Of a stretch of DNA of 64,000 bases, positions 33,363 through 46,874 are shown in pieces. Position 1 is the first letter of the stretch, and each line of letters starts with the position of its first letter. Origin of the DNA: Marsupella aquatica (taxonomy: Eukaryota > Plantae > Marchantiophyta); NCBI GenBank assembly GCA_973895155.1, contig OZ316891.1, positions 13,609,037-13,673,036 of the forward strand, in the 5' to 3' direction. The translations under genes and the position numbers were made by a program. The notes under the pieces were generated by a model. It was given only the letters and a program-made list of their open reading frames with translations, ran no database searches and was not told where the DNA came from.

Positions 33363-35211
33363 CAGCAAAATACTTGATGGGTCTAGGTAAAGATATTCCT
33401 AAGGAGCCCCTCACTTTTCAAATAGACTTAGTGGGGCCCTCGTCTTTGCAACTCTTTCTCATGGTCTGTGTGATTATTTTCCCCTTTTTTTAATTGTAAC
33501 ATAATCTGTATAAGTATCTAAGTCAGTCCACCAGATGTTTACTCTGTAGAAGTAATTTTCAGTGTACTATTGCTTAAAAATACATATATAACATATGTAC
33601 AAAGTATTTAGCCCTTGTCACTCCCACATTCATTTTATTCATGTTTTGAAATACTTCTACAAAGTACATAGTATTTAAGGTACAGAATACTCACTCTATC
33701 TAGTTATTCCCCGTCAAAGTTTTGAAGTTCTCATACTTGAAAGTATTTCTCCAAGTATAGCCTTGCCGGAGTTTTGTAAGGTGAACCAATGGGTTTGGGT
33801 GCTCTCTGGGTGCAAGTTATTTTTAAAGTTGTTTTTTGCAAATAAATGATGTGGGATTTAAACAATTCTTTGATGTTATTTTGCCAAACTTTTTTGTGAA
33901 AATAATCATGTGACGTGAGCATTTCTTTGGTGTTATTTTTATGAAAATTTATTTACTGACCCACGGAAGTTCCTTCCAAAATCCCTGGGAGCATGTACAG
34001 CCACATCAGCACTACTAGTACAAACAAGAAAGGTTTGTTATGCAAAAGTACCAAACAACACTATGTATGTTTGAAACAAGTCAAAGAAAAACAGTTAGAC
34101 CTTGTAACTGTAAACATTGGAAAACTGAAAACTAACATTTCAAATAAATAAAGAAAGGGATGAAAAGGGGGTAAAAGAAAGTAACCCTTGGATAGGTTAT
34201 GATTGATATATTAGTGTTTTCCAGAAGATTGTATGAATCTTCTATTTAATTAGCAAAATTTGGAATAACCATGGGTAGAAACAAACTCTTCAACTACTGT
34301 AACATTTACCAAGGTAACTTAAGAAACCATTCGATTACTATGGAAAAAGCAAAACCAAGGGAACATAAGAAATCCTTTGACTACTATGGATAAAGGAATA
34401 CCAAAGGAAAGTAATTAAGACACCCTTTGGCTTCTATAGCATTTTGCATGGACTCTATAGACATAGGAGTACCAAAGGAACTTTGTGCATGCACTTCTAC
34501 CATGAGTAATCTTTTTTTTCCTCTCAACTCCATATTCAAATCTATTCCAATATGTAACTGTGCATGTGCTCTAACTTAGTTGTTGAATAAGATCAAACTT
34601 ACATAACCAAAGGGTCCTCAACTAATTTTAGATGTGAGAACTTAGGTAGAGTACTTCAGGCAATTTACACAATGCCACTTAAAAGACAATTTTAATTCTT
34701 TAGCTGAGTAGACAAGGCATTAATTGAATTCATAGAAATGAGCATAGAGCATGCACATAGTAACAAATGTAAAAGCAGTTAAATGACCTTGAAAATTTGA
34801 GCTCAATGTTGGTGCAACAACTACAAAATTAGCTATCAAAATCATACTGCAATTCACGTCTCCATGTTTACTCCAAATGACACTAAAAAAATTCACTTTG
34901 CGTTTCACAACCTGTAGTACTTCAAAATCAGGATAAAATGAATAGGGGAGTGACAGGGTCTAAGTACTATGTATGTATACTATGTTAGTATATATATTTT
35001 CAAACAAAAATACATGGAAGAGTATTTCAAAGGAGTACAACTCATTGACTGACATACATAGCTGTACCTAAGATGTTAGAATCAAAAAAGGGGAAAAATA
35101 ATCACACAGGTCATGAAGAAGGGTTGCAGGGGCCCCAGGAAGTATATTTGAAAAGTGAGGGGCTGGTCAAGGATATCTGTACCTAGAGGGGCCCCATCAA
35201 GTCTTTTTCTG
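33363..35211. mobile_element. Non-autonomous Mutator-like (MULE) element with ~300-bp degenerate TIRs
   Basis: 33363-~33660 is the inverted complement of ~34915-35211 (e.g. GCCCCTCACTTTTCAAATA / TATTTGAAAAGTGAGGGGC); flanked by GGCAAATACA / GTCAAATACA (10-bp TSD, one mismatch); AT-rich non-coding interior. Confidence 0.72.
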
Positions 35212-36482
35212 GTCAAATACAGCACAATTCATCTGTGTGGGTAGGGTATCAAGCATGGTACTGTAGGTGGAGCTATTCATTTTCTATGGACAAATGACAA
35301 GGAGGCTTTTGCAACATCCACTCAACACCTCAGAAAGATGCAGCTTGCAATTCTGGCACATGATTTATACAGAAATTGATGGAGAAGTGGAAACAGAAGA
35401 ATCCACAATGGCATAGAGATACAACAACTGTGGAAGGAAACTTGGAAGTACTATAGAGAAGGTATCATTTGATAATTGTTTCCCATGCTTGTTCTATGAC
35501 AATTGCTCTAAATAATGTGATCCTCCTGAATGATCCTTGTGATGATTCCCTCTCCAATCTGCTATTGCCCAATTCTGCCCGCTTGATGTGCTATACTCCC
35601 ACTCCCTGATGTCCCTATAGTGGATTTTTGGCACAAAAGAATTGCTACATGAAGTTTCAACTGTTGCATCACATGACTAGCTAGCGCCTGCTGGTCTAGT
35701 GGACGACTTTCCATAACTTTCGCATGTGATATGCAACTGCCCCTCATGCATACCCGGCAAGCAGACTAGAGAGAAAATTTCGTTGAAGTGACCAGTCACA
35801 ATCAGCTGCTCATTTGAGCTTATGCATTCTCATTTGTAGGGCCCAGCCTGGACACCTTCTTTATCTGGTGTGAGGTACATCTTAACACTCACAACAATTA
35901 TAACCCATATAGAATATAGATAGATAGATGGGTACTTTTCCTTAGCTTTAAATCTGAAGTGTTGCATCATTTCCAGAATTTTCATTTATGCTACTCAGCC
36001 TTAAATTTTGATGCCAAGATAATGGGTCTTTGAGGAGAGAATCTCCCCTCGTTCGTCCCTGGAAAATTACTTGGAGTGAATGTGCAGAAAACAAGAATGA
36101 GAACTGACATTGTCCTTGCAAAAAATTGCATCGAGTACTCAACTTGTTGTCACCTCGCTGCATCACAGCAAGACCAAACAGTAAGCTAGTTTCTTGTAGA
36201 AATTGTCATGAGGCAACGATCAATGTCTAGTCCAATGACCTGGCTGATGCTTCACAACTCAGCGAGCAAACTAACCAAAACAGGGAGTAAATGGACTCCT
36301 GGCCGTTTACAGGTCACTTTTAAACCAGGAGTGTAACCCGTGTGATCGGAGTAAATTTTGACATTTTGTGCTAGTCCATCCGAGCTTTGTCGGAGCTTCA
36401 CAGACCCCTACTGTAGGTCCATCCAGGCTTGGCAGCTCATCGGAGCTTAAATAAGTTTCCAAAAATACTGAAAGGAAGAAAA

Positions 36483-39400
36483 GCTAAAAGACAGAAGATC
36501 TCCAAACAGAAAGTAAAGAATGAAGAAAAACTAAAAGATGTTATGAGGTAACTAGTCCTAGACCAGACTAGGAGGTTACCTTTACCATGGTTACCTCAAG
36601 ACACTATATATACACCCGATTGATCCCCAACCGAGTGATTCATTCATACATTCATTAATACATTCATTCAATCTCTCTCCCTCTCCAACTATGTATGAAT
36701 CCTATATCACAACACGTTATCAGCACGACTCTTGGAGGCTGAGCACTTGAATTTGTTTTTAGGGATTCGACAAGTGACAAAAATTAGACACTTGAGGGAA
36801 TCCCAAGACAAAATCCCTTCAAGGAAACCTTCATTTGAGAGTCCATGTCAACCTGGTGTTGGAAATTGATGGAGTATCCTCTGTGAGAAACTGACTCCTA
36901 AGAAATTAGAAGAAACAAAATCAGAAGGAGAGGCTGATCAGACAAAGAGTCGAACCCCTGGATTGACCCTTGTGGGATCATTAAAGCTTTAGAGGAATTG
37001 ATTCTGAAATGCAAGATTGAAAGTATGCAGCATGATTTATGGAAGGAGGAGAAGAAACACCGTAGCGCAAAGTCCATAGAGAAACCAGGATAAAGCTTGG
37101 GCTGGAGTCAATCAATCCAATCAAAGAGACCTGATTGAATAGAGGCAGAGCACAATCAACAAAATTTCAATCAAGGTGAGATCTGAAAAGGCACCACACC
37201 CTATAGAGAACGAAGTTGCATTAGGGCTCAACAACCGGAGGGTGAAAAGGACTGAAGGAAATTTGAGGGATGGAAACTTCATGAGAAGACAACACAGTGA
37301 TCACGGACACAGCCGCGAAGCCATGCAAAAGGGGGAGAATCGATGCACAAGCCCAAAACGGCAAAATTTGGACCAGGCTTTTCGAGAAACCATCGACAAA
37401 ACTTGATAAGTGCAAAACCCCCATACTTGCAATTCATTATAAAGAGTAGTTTTACTTACAAAAGAATCAGATCACTTAAAGCATTTTTTTCAAAGCTTTT
37501 AAATCACTTTAAGATACATGTGTAATCCTTAACATAAACCTAAATCACAAGCTTACACTCTTATTTTACAAATGTGAATACTGTGCCTTTACACATTACC
37601 TACCAATACACATGTTGAATTTACAAGCATTTATACACATTGAATACATATAACATGGTTGTTACACCATTAATATCACTTTTCACCATAGGGGGAAGAA
37701 AGCACATTGTACCCACAACTATCTCTCACCTCCTAATGTCATTTTGGTTCATTCACCTTCTAGTACCATTTGAACTTATACACCTTCTGGTATCATTTGA
37801 TCTCATAAGATTCAAACGGACTCAGATAAGGGACTTTCCATGACTAACAAAGGTAAAGGTAGAGATGATTTGATAATGGGCAAAGCCCCTAATCTCATCT
37901 ATACATGAGTTAATGAGGAGTTAATATGGGCAAAGCCCGTAATCTAACCCCTACATTCTCTTGATCAGTGGGCATTCCTATCGGACCTTACCTATAGATG
38001 AGTTCCAAATTTCAGAGATATTCCTCACACTCACAATTTCAAGAGAAAATAACATGCATGTTTTGCAGATCAATGGGAAGAAACTTCATTGTCTCTAACT
38101 TATCTACTCAAAAACTTAAACCAAACTCATACACTATAATGGAAAGTACCTCTGTACTTGGCCATACACACAGTGATTAAGACCCAAAACCAGAATCTTA
38201 TACTTTGATTAAAGTTTTATACACTTTTAGCATGCATGCCTTTACAACTTGTACAGAAGTAAGACCACAAACCTCAGTCATCCATTCGGACCTAGGATCA
38301 TGTTCACCAGACAAAATGAAAACACTTACTCTAAGACATTGGACTAGGATAAGGGAATTAGAAAACTAACAATGTTAAAGGTATGGTACAAATGTTTGGA
38401 TTATGGGCAAAGCCCCTAACCTCATCTAGTCAAGACCCAATGCGGGGTTAATATGGGCAAAGCCCGTAATCTACCTTGATACACTCTTCATTTTAGGGAA
38501 CGGAATAACATCGCGGACCAATGACACCTTCACCTTTGTGTATTACTATTAAACAAATCTCTTAGATTGAAACTAAAATTAAGACAATTTTCATCCCCAC
38601 ACCCAACATAGAATTAACGGGAAAACAAAATGAATTAGATGCAGACCAAGGGAAAGAAACTCAATTCTCTCAAAACTTATCTATTGAAGAACTTGAGCCC
38701 ACCTACACCACAATTGTACGTACAACTAGTACTTGGAAACTAAACAGAGACTATCCTCATATATCTCGAGGAGCCAAATAGTTTAGGGGGAGCATCTTAT
38801 CTCCACAAGTTACTCTAACTTCAAATCTCCCTACATGGCTATCCCATGTCTCAATAATATTTTGAATCTACTTACATGACCTGCTACCCCATGTCTTGAC
38901 ACACTTGTCAAACTACCCCATGATATTTGCAGACGTGCAGGCAGACGTGCCACTCACGAGAGACCTAACTTAACCGACACCCTCTGGTGTGATTCTGGTT
39001 CATACACCCTCTGGTGTAGCTTGAGACCTAACACCCTTTGGTGTCAACAACCCTGTGTCCACTAGCACCTCTGTGCCTCCTGACACCTTTGTGTCCATCA
39101 GCACCACTATACTCTCAAATGAGCTTATTGCCATAGACTCTCCCATGATAACATTGCCCCATCCTACCCACATACGGGTTTTTTATCTTGACTTTGGGCA
39201 TTCTAAATATGGTACTTACACCATACCAAACTAGGACTTTTCTATCATTTTATAATAATACATAATTAGCATCCGTTGATGCAACATGTCTACTCCACAC
39301 TTTGAAAAACTCCCATTTAGCAATTGGGTTAATTAGCACCTTCGGTATCAATCGAGTGATCTGAAACATATAGGATAATGCCACTGCATCCCCACACAAC

Positions 39401-40263
39401 CCACATTAATTATCTTAATACCCCCTGGTATTAGATAACATAAGCCATACTAAAACATGACATGGTTCCTCCAGCTACTAACCAAACTACTAATTATTTG
39501 GAACTTAGATTGTTTATTTGATGCAAGGCCATACTAGTGACCCAAATTTCAAATGCGGAGAACTAGACAAAGTTTTTCATGAAGGCATTGACCCCTCCTG
39601 TCCACGGACACCACTGCCATGCAATTGAACTCCGAAGCTTACACCGCCTGATTACTACTGATTGACACATGATTGACACACACCACCACCATGGTTCAAC
39701 TCTCACATCTCACCAAGAGGACCAACCGACTGTACTCTTTTTCCTTTAGGGTCATATATTTTATTTTTTCTCTACTACCCTGGTAGAGTTGTTTTTACCT
39801 CAATCTAGCACCACTAAAGGTTTTAACGAGGCAGTCCACCTCTTTGGTCAATCAAACATACATGTCTATAAGCATGCAAACACTTTTTACTATCACTGAA
39901 ACTCATCCCGTGCAAGTCTATAAGCATGGTGATAGATTTTTCTTACCTAGTTCTAGGACTAGTCTAGATTGTCTCCATAACTCCCATTATGTAGCCAAGG
40001 GGGAGTGTTATGAGGTAACTAGTCCTAGACCAGACTAGGAGGTTACCTTTACCATGGTTACCTCAAGACACTATATATACACCCGGTTGATCCCCAACCG
40101 AGTGATTCATTCATACATTCATTAATACATTCATTCAATCTCTCTCCCTCTCCAACTATGTATGAATCCTATATCAGAACAAAAGACAGAAGGTCTCCAA
40201 ACAGAAAGTAAAGAATGAAGAAAAACTAAAAGACAGAAGGTGTCCAAACATAAAGTAAAGAAT
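36483..40263. repeat. ~47-bp tandem repeat (3 copies) interrupted by the Bianca-type element
   Basis: CTAAAAGACAGAAG(A/G)TCTCCAAACAGAAAGTAAAGAATGAAGAAAAA present on both sides of the insertion. Confidence 0.75.
36539..40181 (+). mobile_element. Non-autonomous LTR retroelement, Bianca-type PBS, 3.6 kb
   Basis: 176-bp LTRs at 36539-36714 and 40006-40181 (2 mismatches seen); TSD AAAGA at 36534-36538 and 40182-40186; PBS CGTTATCAGCACGA at 36715-36728; PPT AAGGGGGAG at 39997-40005; no long ORF. Confidence 0.9.
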
Positions 40264-41840
40264 GTGAGGTACACTTTGCAAAGATGATGATGATGATGAT
40301 CTCTTGAATTCCTTCGTTTGCTTGAGGCTCAAGCTACCTTAGGCTGTGTGGTCAGTCTGTCACTCACGACGGATAGCTCGTCGAAGTTCACCAGAAGCGC
40401 TGTGGCGCAAGATCTCACGGCAGATCGATACAAACAGTAGTCCTTCCACAGATGCAAAAACCAGAGTCATGACTAGCGCGCTCTCGGCTTGGATCAACTC
40501 CAGACTGACTGTGGATTGGGAGGGTTACGTTGGCTTGGCTCAGCTCCAGACCGACTGTGGATTGGGTGGGTAACGTCATTGAAATCACTGGAAGCCGAGA
40601 GAGAAGAAAGCACCGAGAGTTCGATACGGAATCATTGTATCTATCTTGGTTGCCAGCCCAATTAATTTATGGCCTCTCCGTTGAATGAGCACCCTGAACC
40701 TACTGTACAGAAAGCTCTGCAGATGGCGTGTTCATGAAGTCTGAATCCTAGTTTTTCCTTCGTCGACAAGGCAGGCTCACATTGTCATGCATAGTCTTTC
40801 ATTTGCATGATCATGCGATCGAGATTCCGGGGATTGATGCACGCTTTATAGCATTTCGTGGTCAGCTGCAATCAGTATAAATGGCGGCCTCCTACATTCC
40901 AAGAATACCTGCAGCTCGATCAGCTCAGCCTCGATGTCAATGTAGTAGTAGGTCTGGATCTAAAATTAGCTCAGAAATGTCTCCAAGTGCTACCGTCCAG
41001 CCGATTTGATTGGTTCGATTCTTAGTGATACAAGTCAGCATCAACGGACCGCAGATCGTATCGTCATTCTTCGATGTGACCTCCATCTCGTTAGAGCGCT
41101 GCATTGTAGTACTGTATGATTGTATGTACATTCATTTGCATAAACGACGATATGTGCTTTTGACCAGAAGTCAGTCTCCGGCCATTAGAACTGTTTGTGT
41201 TTTTGGGCAATTTGTGCAGGGACACTGGTTCCAGGATATGTTGAGTCTAATGGATAGCGCTAAGGTTGAATTGTCTGAATCATTCACTACTCCATTGCCT
41301 ACATCATTCTAGATACTTACGTAAACACTCACTTTTGGTCGCCCACATTTCCTCATGACGGAGATTGAACAGCTGTGTACGTGGTGCGTTTGAATTCTGT
41401 TTGACTTTGAATTCGCGCGCAGCCCTTACAGGTTTATGCCCGGGTTTATGTAGAATTTCATTGTAGCTCACATTTTAGCGAGCTAATGCCTGGGGATTGC
41501 ATACCATTGTTGACAATTTCAAATCACCTAAGTGGTCTCATGCGCGCTTGGCGATTATTCTCTTTCCTTCCGTATCAAATTGTAGACAAGGCTTAGTTGC
41601 TAAAAATAGCTCAAACCTCTGGAATGGATCATGGACTGGACTTGCGGGGCAGCTGAGAGGTGTATATTGGCAGTAAGTTGGCACAGTTGACGTGCAACGA
41701 TCTGTACGAGGAGACTCCATCGTGGCCCTGCGCGCATGATAGTGGAATAGTATATAGCTGCTCAACCCAACTCCAGTCCAAGACATACTCCGTATGCAAT
41801 TATTGCTAATTATCACAAAGCGCAAGAATGACTAAAGCTT

Positions 41841-41956
41841 CAGACCTTAGGAATAGTCATTGAAGCCTTTGTAAATTCAGTATCTCTAGCTCCTGCCGCG
41901 CCGGGAATTTTCGCAGACTGAATTTCAAAGGCTTCATTGACAATTCTGAGTGTCTG
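41841..41956 (+). ncRNA. Candidate pre-miRNA hairpin 1
   Basis: Arms TTGAAGCCTTTGTAAATTCAGT / ACTGAATTTCAAAGGCTTCA plus a ~15-bp lower stem (CAGAC..GTCTG) with G:U pairs on the + strand. Confidence 0.6.
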
Positions 41957-41988
41957 TCTATCGACCATCGAAAAGTTGAAAGGCTGGG

Positions 41989-42056
41989 ATGAGTTTCGAG
42001 CTAGACGGATATGAGTTTCGAGCTAGACGGATATGAGTTTCGAGCTAGACGGATAT
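41989..42056. repeat. 22-bp tandem repeat x3 (ATGAGTTTCGAGCTAGACGGAT)
   Basis: Perfect copies between the two hairpins. Confidence 0.9.
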
Positions 42057-42120
42057 GATGACGGTGAACAATCACATTCAACTCCTATCAATGCGTACCT
42101 CCGTCTAAGAACATTTTTTT

Positions 42121-42214
42121 GACATTGTGAATGTCCATTGAAGCCTTTGTAAATTCGGTCGCTCACTTACTGGTGAACCGAATTACAAAGGCTTCAATCG
42201 TTATTCCCAACGTC
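42121..42214 (+). ncRNA. Candidate pre-miRNA hairpin 2 (paralog of hairpin 1)
   Basis: Arms ATTGAAGCCTTTGTAAATTCGGT / ACCGAATTACAAAGGCTTCAAT plus lower stem GACATTGTGAAT / ATTCCCAACGTC. Confidence 0.62.
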
Positions 42215-43659
42215 TGCCATGCATTGATTCAAAGAGTTTTTCACTAGCTTAATTAGTTCTGCGATACATTTCTCTGGCACCTTCTTCGCAGCACTCAAAA
42301 TTGAAGTTACAATAGTGATGGTAAGCTTTACCTTAATGGCTCGGGTAATTAGTTCTATCTGTGAAGACTCAACCCTCAAAACTGACATTATGTAAAGCTC
42401 CCTATTTTGGCATCTGTCTGGAAAAATATAATATATTCTGCTCCGAAACTTCCTCCAAACAAACAGAAGCCTGGTCAATACCAGCATTGTATCTGTGATA
42501 ATTTAAATCTGCCTGGAACCGTAGATCCTGCTCCAAAAGTTACTTGAAACAATTCACACAAGTCCAGACGACGCCGTCTGCAGAGTAATCCCATTCCTTA
42601 AGTTGGTAAGAATTTAGATTCCCGTTGATTTACCAAATATAAATCATAGCCATACAGTTTACGGTCCATTGAAATGATTTAACTCCACAAATGGCCAGTG
42701 AATATCAACCAACATTTGGAGTCGTGCTAAATCCCATCTTTCCCTTAAAAGCTATGGATACCTTTAATGCGTATTGTTGCCCTTGAGAATTCTCCAGAGA
42801 GTTAGTTTTTGACCTTACAATTGAAAAAGAAACTAAGCCGTGTCCGGTATTCCTGTCCCGGATCCTTGACGATAATGGAAACAGGCGTTAATAAGTATTG
42901 CTGTTTTGGTGCTGCATCAAAAACCTTTCAATTGAATGGAAAGAAAGCCATTGATATATATCCGGCATTCCGTTCCGCAGCCTTGACACTAAAAGTGTTT
43001 CAATCTACGCCCCAGTCACAGCGCTGTCTGAACGTAGCTCCTGCCCGTGAAGAGATTCATAATTTGAATCTTACGGCCGCCAAGTCGAAGAAATTAAGAG
43101 TCGAATCTCAGAATTCTGAGATCGCAGAAGTGTACAGTCAAAACTTACAAGTGATCACATGTTATCTGTTTACTAAAAAGTAGCTTCGGTTGGAGGTCTC
43201 AAGTCCATACGTCGTTTGAGTTGTTTTTCACACAGCTTGAAGCCATCCTGGACAATGAGTCCGCAAGATCGGGATGCGAAAGTTCTGTCCAGTTTCTAGG
43301 AACCCTCACCGGAAATTTCCCTACAAAGTTGTGACCATCCTGCTGACGAATTGTAGCTGATCATACCGGCAAGTTAGATTCTGTGCTGCCTGACTCAGTT
43401 TGACCCGTTCATTCGCGACTGTGCTTTCGTCGAGTTCCGCAGATGCTGTTTCCCAGAATTTGGAAGGATTGTTAGTTACGTTTTATAAACTTTGATCCCC
43501 CAGAAACGGAACCGGGTCATCAGTAAAGTGCAATTTGGGGATACTTTTTGCTCCCAGAAATTCAAACTTCACCCTTTTTCCTGTACCACGGAATTTGTTC
43601 CCAGAAATTGTAACCGGGTCATTACCAACAGTACCAAGTTGTGTACAACGTAAGCTTTA

Positions 43660-44350
43660 GTGACCTGTCTGTTTTATTTTATTTTATTATAAATAAATGA
43701 TCTCTATGTACTGGCATAAGACAAGCAAGGGCCTGTCTCGAGGCAGGAGATCATTGAGGCATGGAAGCTAGTGTAATTAGGGCGAGGAAGTAATTGAAGA
43801 AAAGAAGTGTCGTCCAGGATAATTGTTATTGATAAGGTATTGAAGCTAGTGTAGTTGGGACAAAGAAGTCATAATGTAGTCCAGGGATGGAAGCTAGTGT
43901 ACTTAGGGCAAGGAAGTCATTGAAGCAAAGAATTGTAGTCCAGGATAGTTGTTATTATTGTTGGATGCAAAAGTGTTGCCAAAGCAAAACCTAGTCAACA
44001 TAGTGGCATGTCTGCAAGTCAGAGTGTGTGGTGGGTTGACATAAACTAAACTAAACTAAACTAAACAAAGTGGTGCTGTTGACCATTTGTCAGAGTTCTC
44101 TTTACTGACCTGTCTACTTTATTACACATGAACTCTGCATGCCAGTGCAAGGAAGTTTAGATGAGACATCTATGCAAGGGCATGTCTTCTAGGCTGGGAA
44201 TCATTGAGGCATCGAAGCTAGTGTAGAAGGAAGTCATTGAAGAAAAGAAGTGTTGCAAAGTCAAAGAAGTGTAGTGGGTAATTGTTGCTGATGTTGGGGT
44301 TGATGCAAAAATGTTGCCAAAGCAAAACCTAGTCAACTGAGTAGCATGTC
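43660..44350. repeat. Degenerate local duplications (GAAGCTAGTGTA..AAGAAGTCATTGAAG; TGTTGCCAAAGCAAAACCTAGTCAAC)
   Basis: Motifs recur at ~43765, 43843, 43890, 44215 and at 43975, 44332. Confidence 0.65.
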
Positions 44351-46874
44351 AGGTCAGACTATGTGATGGGTTTCCTAAACTAATTAAACCATGTGTGTTG
44401 TTGACCATGCTTGTTGTTGTTAGGAGGGCAAGCAAAGGGCAGGGCGTGGGAGTTTTCTTTTTCTTTTTCTTTTCCAACCTCTCCCTCCCATTTCTCTCCT
44501 CCCCCTCCTCCTCCACACCACAAGCATTGGGGGGGAGGTGGACCGTCACAGCAGGCTAGCACAACGCACAACACATGAACGCGTGCTAGGGAGATTAAAG
44601 GGCACTCTTTTGGAGGGGTCTAGGGGAAATCCAATCCAACAATGACTATAATACAGGTCGTGACTGCCACAAGTCAATTAGTACTCAATTAGTAAACAAA
44701 CATAGAGGAGATTTGATTGGATGACATAAAATAGTGTATAAATACATGTATAAGAAATAGTGGAATGCCGTCAATCTTCTCGGGCTGGTGAGGTTGCTTT
44801 CATGAATCGTCCTTCCATGTAACACTCGTTTGAAGGCTGCTTGCACTGGACGCTTGGAAGGTCAAAGGAGAAAAAGTACCAACTTATTGTACAATTTCAC
44901 GTGAAGAAGATCCACTAAGCGCACAGAGTATAGAAGGTCTATAGACTGTGTGTGCATGACAATGAACTCGAGAAGGGGCGACTGAACAACACCTTCCAGC
45001 CAAGCCGCTACTTGGCTTACCCAGTTTGCAATCCTTGCATGTAAACACTTCAATCTACATGCACTCCCAGAGCTAAATAAAGAGTCGTCGTACTCCCTCA
45101 GCTCAAACAAATCATTTGGTGGGTATTTTCCGGTCTGAGTAATTACTGCAATGCAGCTATAGGTGAATTGTGTTGGAAGCTAGACAAGGATGACATCAAA
45201 ATAAGGCAGGCTTTCAGCTCTATCGTCACTCCCACCACTACATAGATGTCCTGTCATTGAAAAAATTGGCGGAGCACTAGTGAGCTAGCATACAGGAGCT
45301 GTCCGAGCTACAGTAGTTAACCGGGACTTCCTACTGTAGTCTTTAACATTGGGGAACAGTTCCTGCAAGTGAAATTCCCTTACTTTCAAAAGTGACATCT
45401 AGGCTTACACGGAACAGGTGCCAATCGTTGGAAACCAAAGACTTTTAATTTTCTGTTAGTTTCGGCAAGGCCAGGTGGAAAGGGGGGCACTAACTGTGCA
45501 ACTAAAGTGCCAACTGTATCTTGCAAATATAGCAAACCATCAGTCGGGCATGTGAAATTGCCCTGCAGTGTTCTCCAATGGTGGGCGATGCTGTGTGTTC
45601 TACTGCAAAACTATCGTCTTGTCCTAGACCTAGAAGGAAATGACACAAGATCAACGACTACAATGGCAAGTGTCAGATCTCTGATAATCTTTCTAGTTCT
45701 CATTACATCTTAGTTTTGTCATCCCAAACCAAATTGAGTCCTTCGGTGGGGTGACTAGAAATTTTGTGAATTTCACCAGGAGTAAGAATCCAATCGGTAG
45801 TGTGACTAGAAACTTTGTGATGTTCACCAGAGGTAACCATCTAGCTAGTTGATCAGACGACTACGGGTTGGGGTGCTCGATCTAACATGATATGTTTGGC
45901 CTACTCAAGTGCCTTGGCTCAATGGTTAGGTCACTTGTGTGGGAGTCACTAGGTCTTCATCTCAAATCTCTTCCTCCATGGCATGCCTATCATTTTGGGA
46001 GAATGAGGTTGATAAATGAAAGTATTTTACAGTAATTGTGGTGATAAACAAGGAAAAGAACAGATATACTTCAGAAACACACCAACAAAGTACAACAAAA
46101 ACGAGGGCGAAGACCAGTCTAGAGGACTGTTGTAATATACAATCATTGAAAAATTAATATGGTAAATTGTATCAACCTAGCAAATTGAAGGCCCTGAACT
46201 CCAGACCGTCCAGCAATTGCAAGGTAGAGATTTCCTCCTCCTCTGGTGATAGCTCTAAGTCTGTCTTTTGAGCTCTTTCCGCTCAGAGTCAGAGTGCTAG
46301 AGACAAGGTGGTAAGCTAAACCACAGTAGATGATGGAGGGGGGAGCAAACCTTCGATATTGCTCTGGACTAGAGTAGTACATTGGAGCTCTAATTGATTG
46401 AGGAGCTTGCTTACATAAAATGATGAAACTAACAAAGTAAAGCAAGTTGGGTTTCACTGAAGGAGAAAGTTGCTTTCTTCCAAAGCCAAGCCTAGGTGTG
46501 TCATGTGAGGATGCATGCAATCTCTGGTTCCAGGTTATCTTTCATCACTGTCTAAATACAGTGTCTGACCATACCCGAATGTATCTCCAAAGATCAAGGG
46601 AGCACCCCACTTTGGTAGTAACTTAGTCCCTAGCTAGCCAAAACCTGGTTAGTAAAACCCAATTTGGGGACTCCTCTTTTGGCTACCCTAGTGAGCTCAC
46701 TAGCCATATGGAGTCCTAGAAACCCACTAGAAATACAAAAGGTAGCACAAATCAGAGGCATCAATAACCACTAATGACTCCCTAACAATACTCTCCTTGA
46801 ATGCTAGCAGAATCTCTTTCTGCGCACATTCCTCTTAGCAAAAAAAAAGAATAACCCTAAGAATTAAACATTAC

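Noticed and set aside
42194-43183. ORFs of 97 and 124 aa next to the hairpins
   Set aside because: No motifs or splice support.
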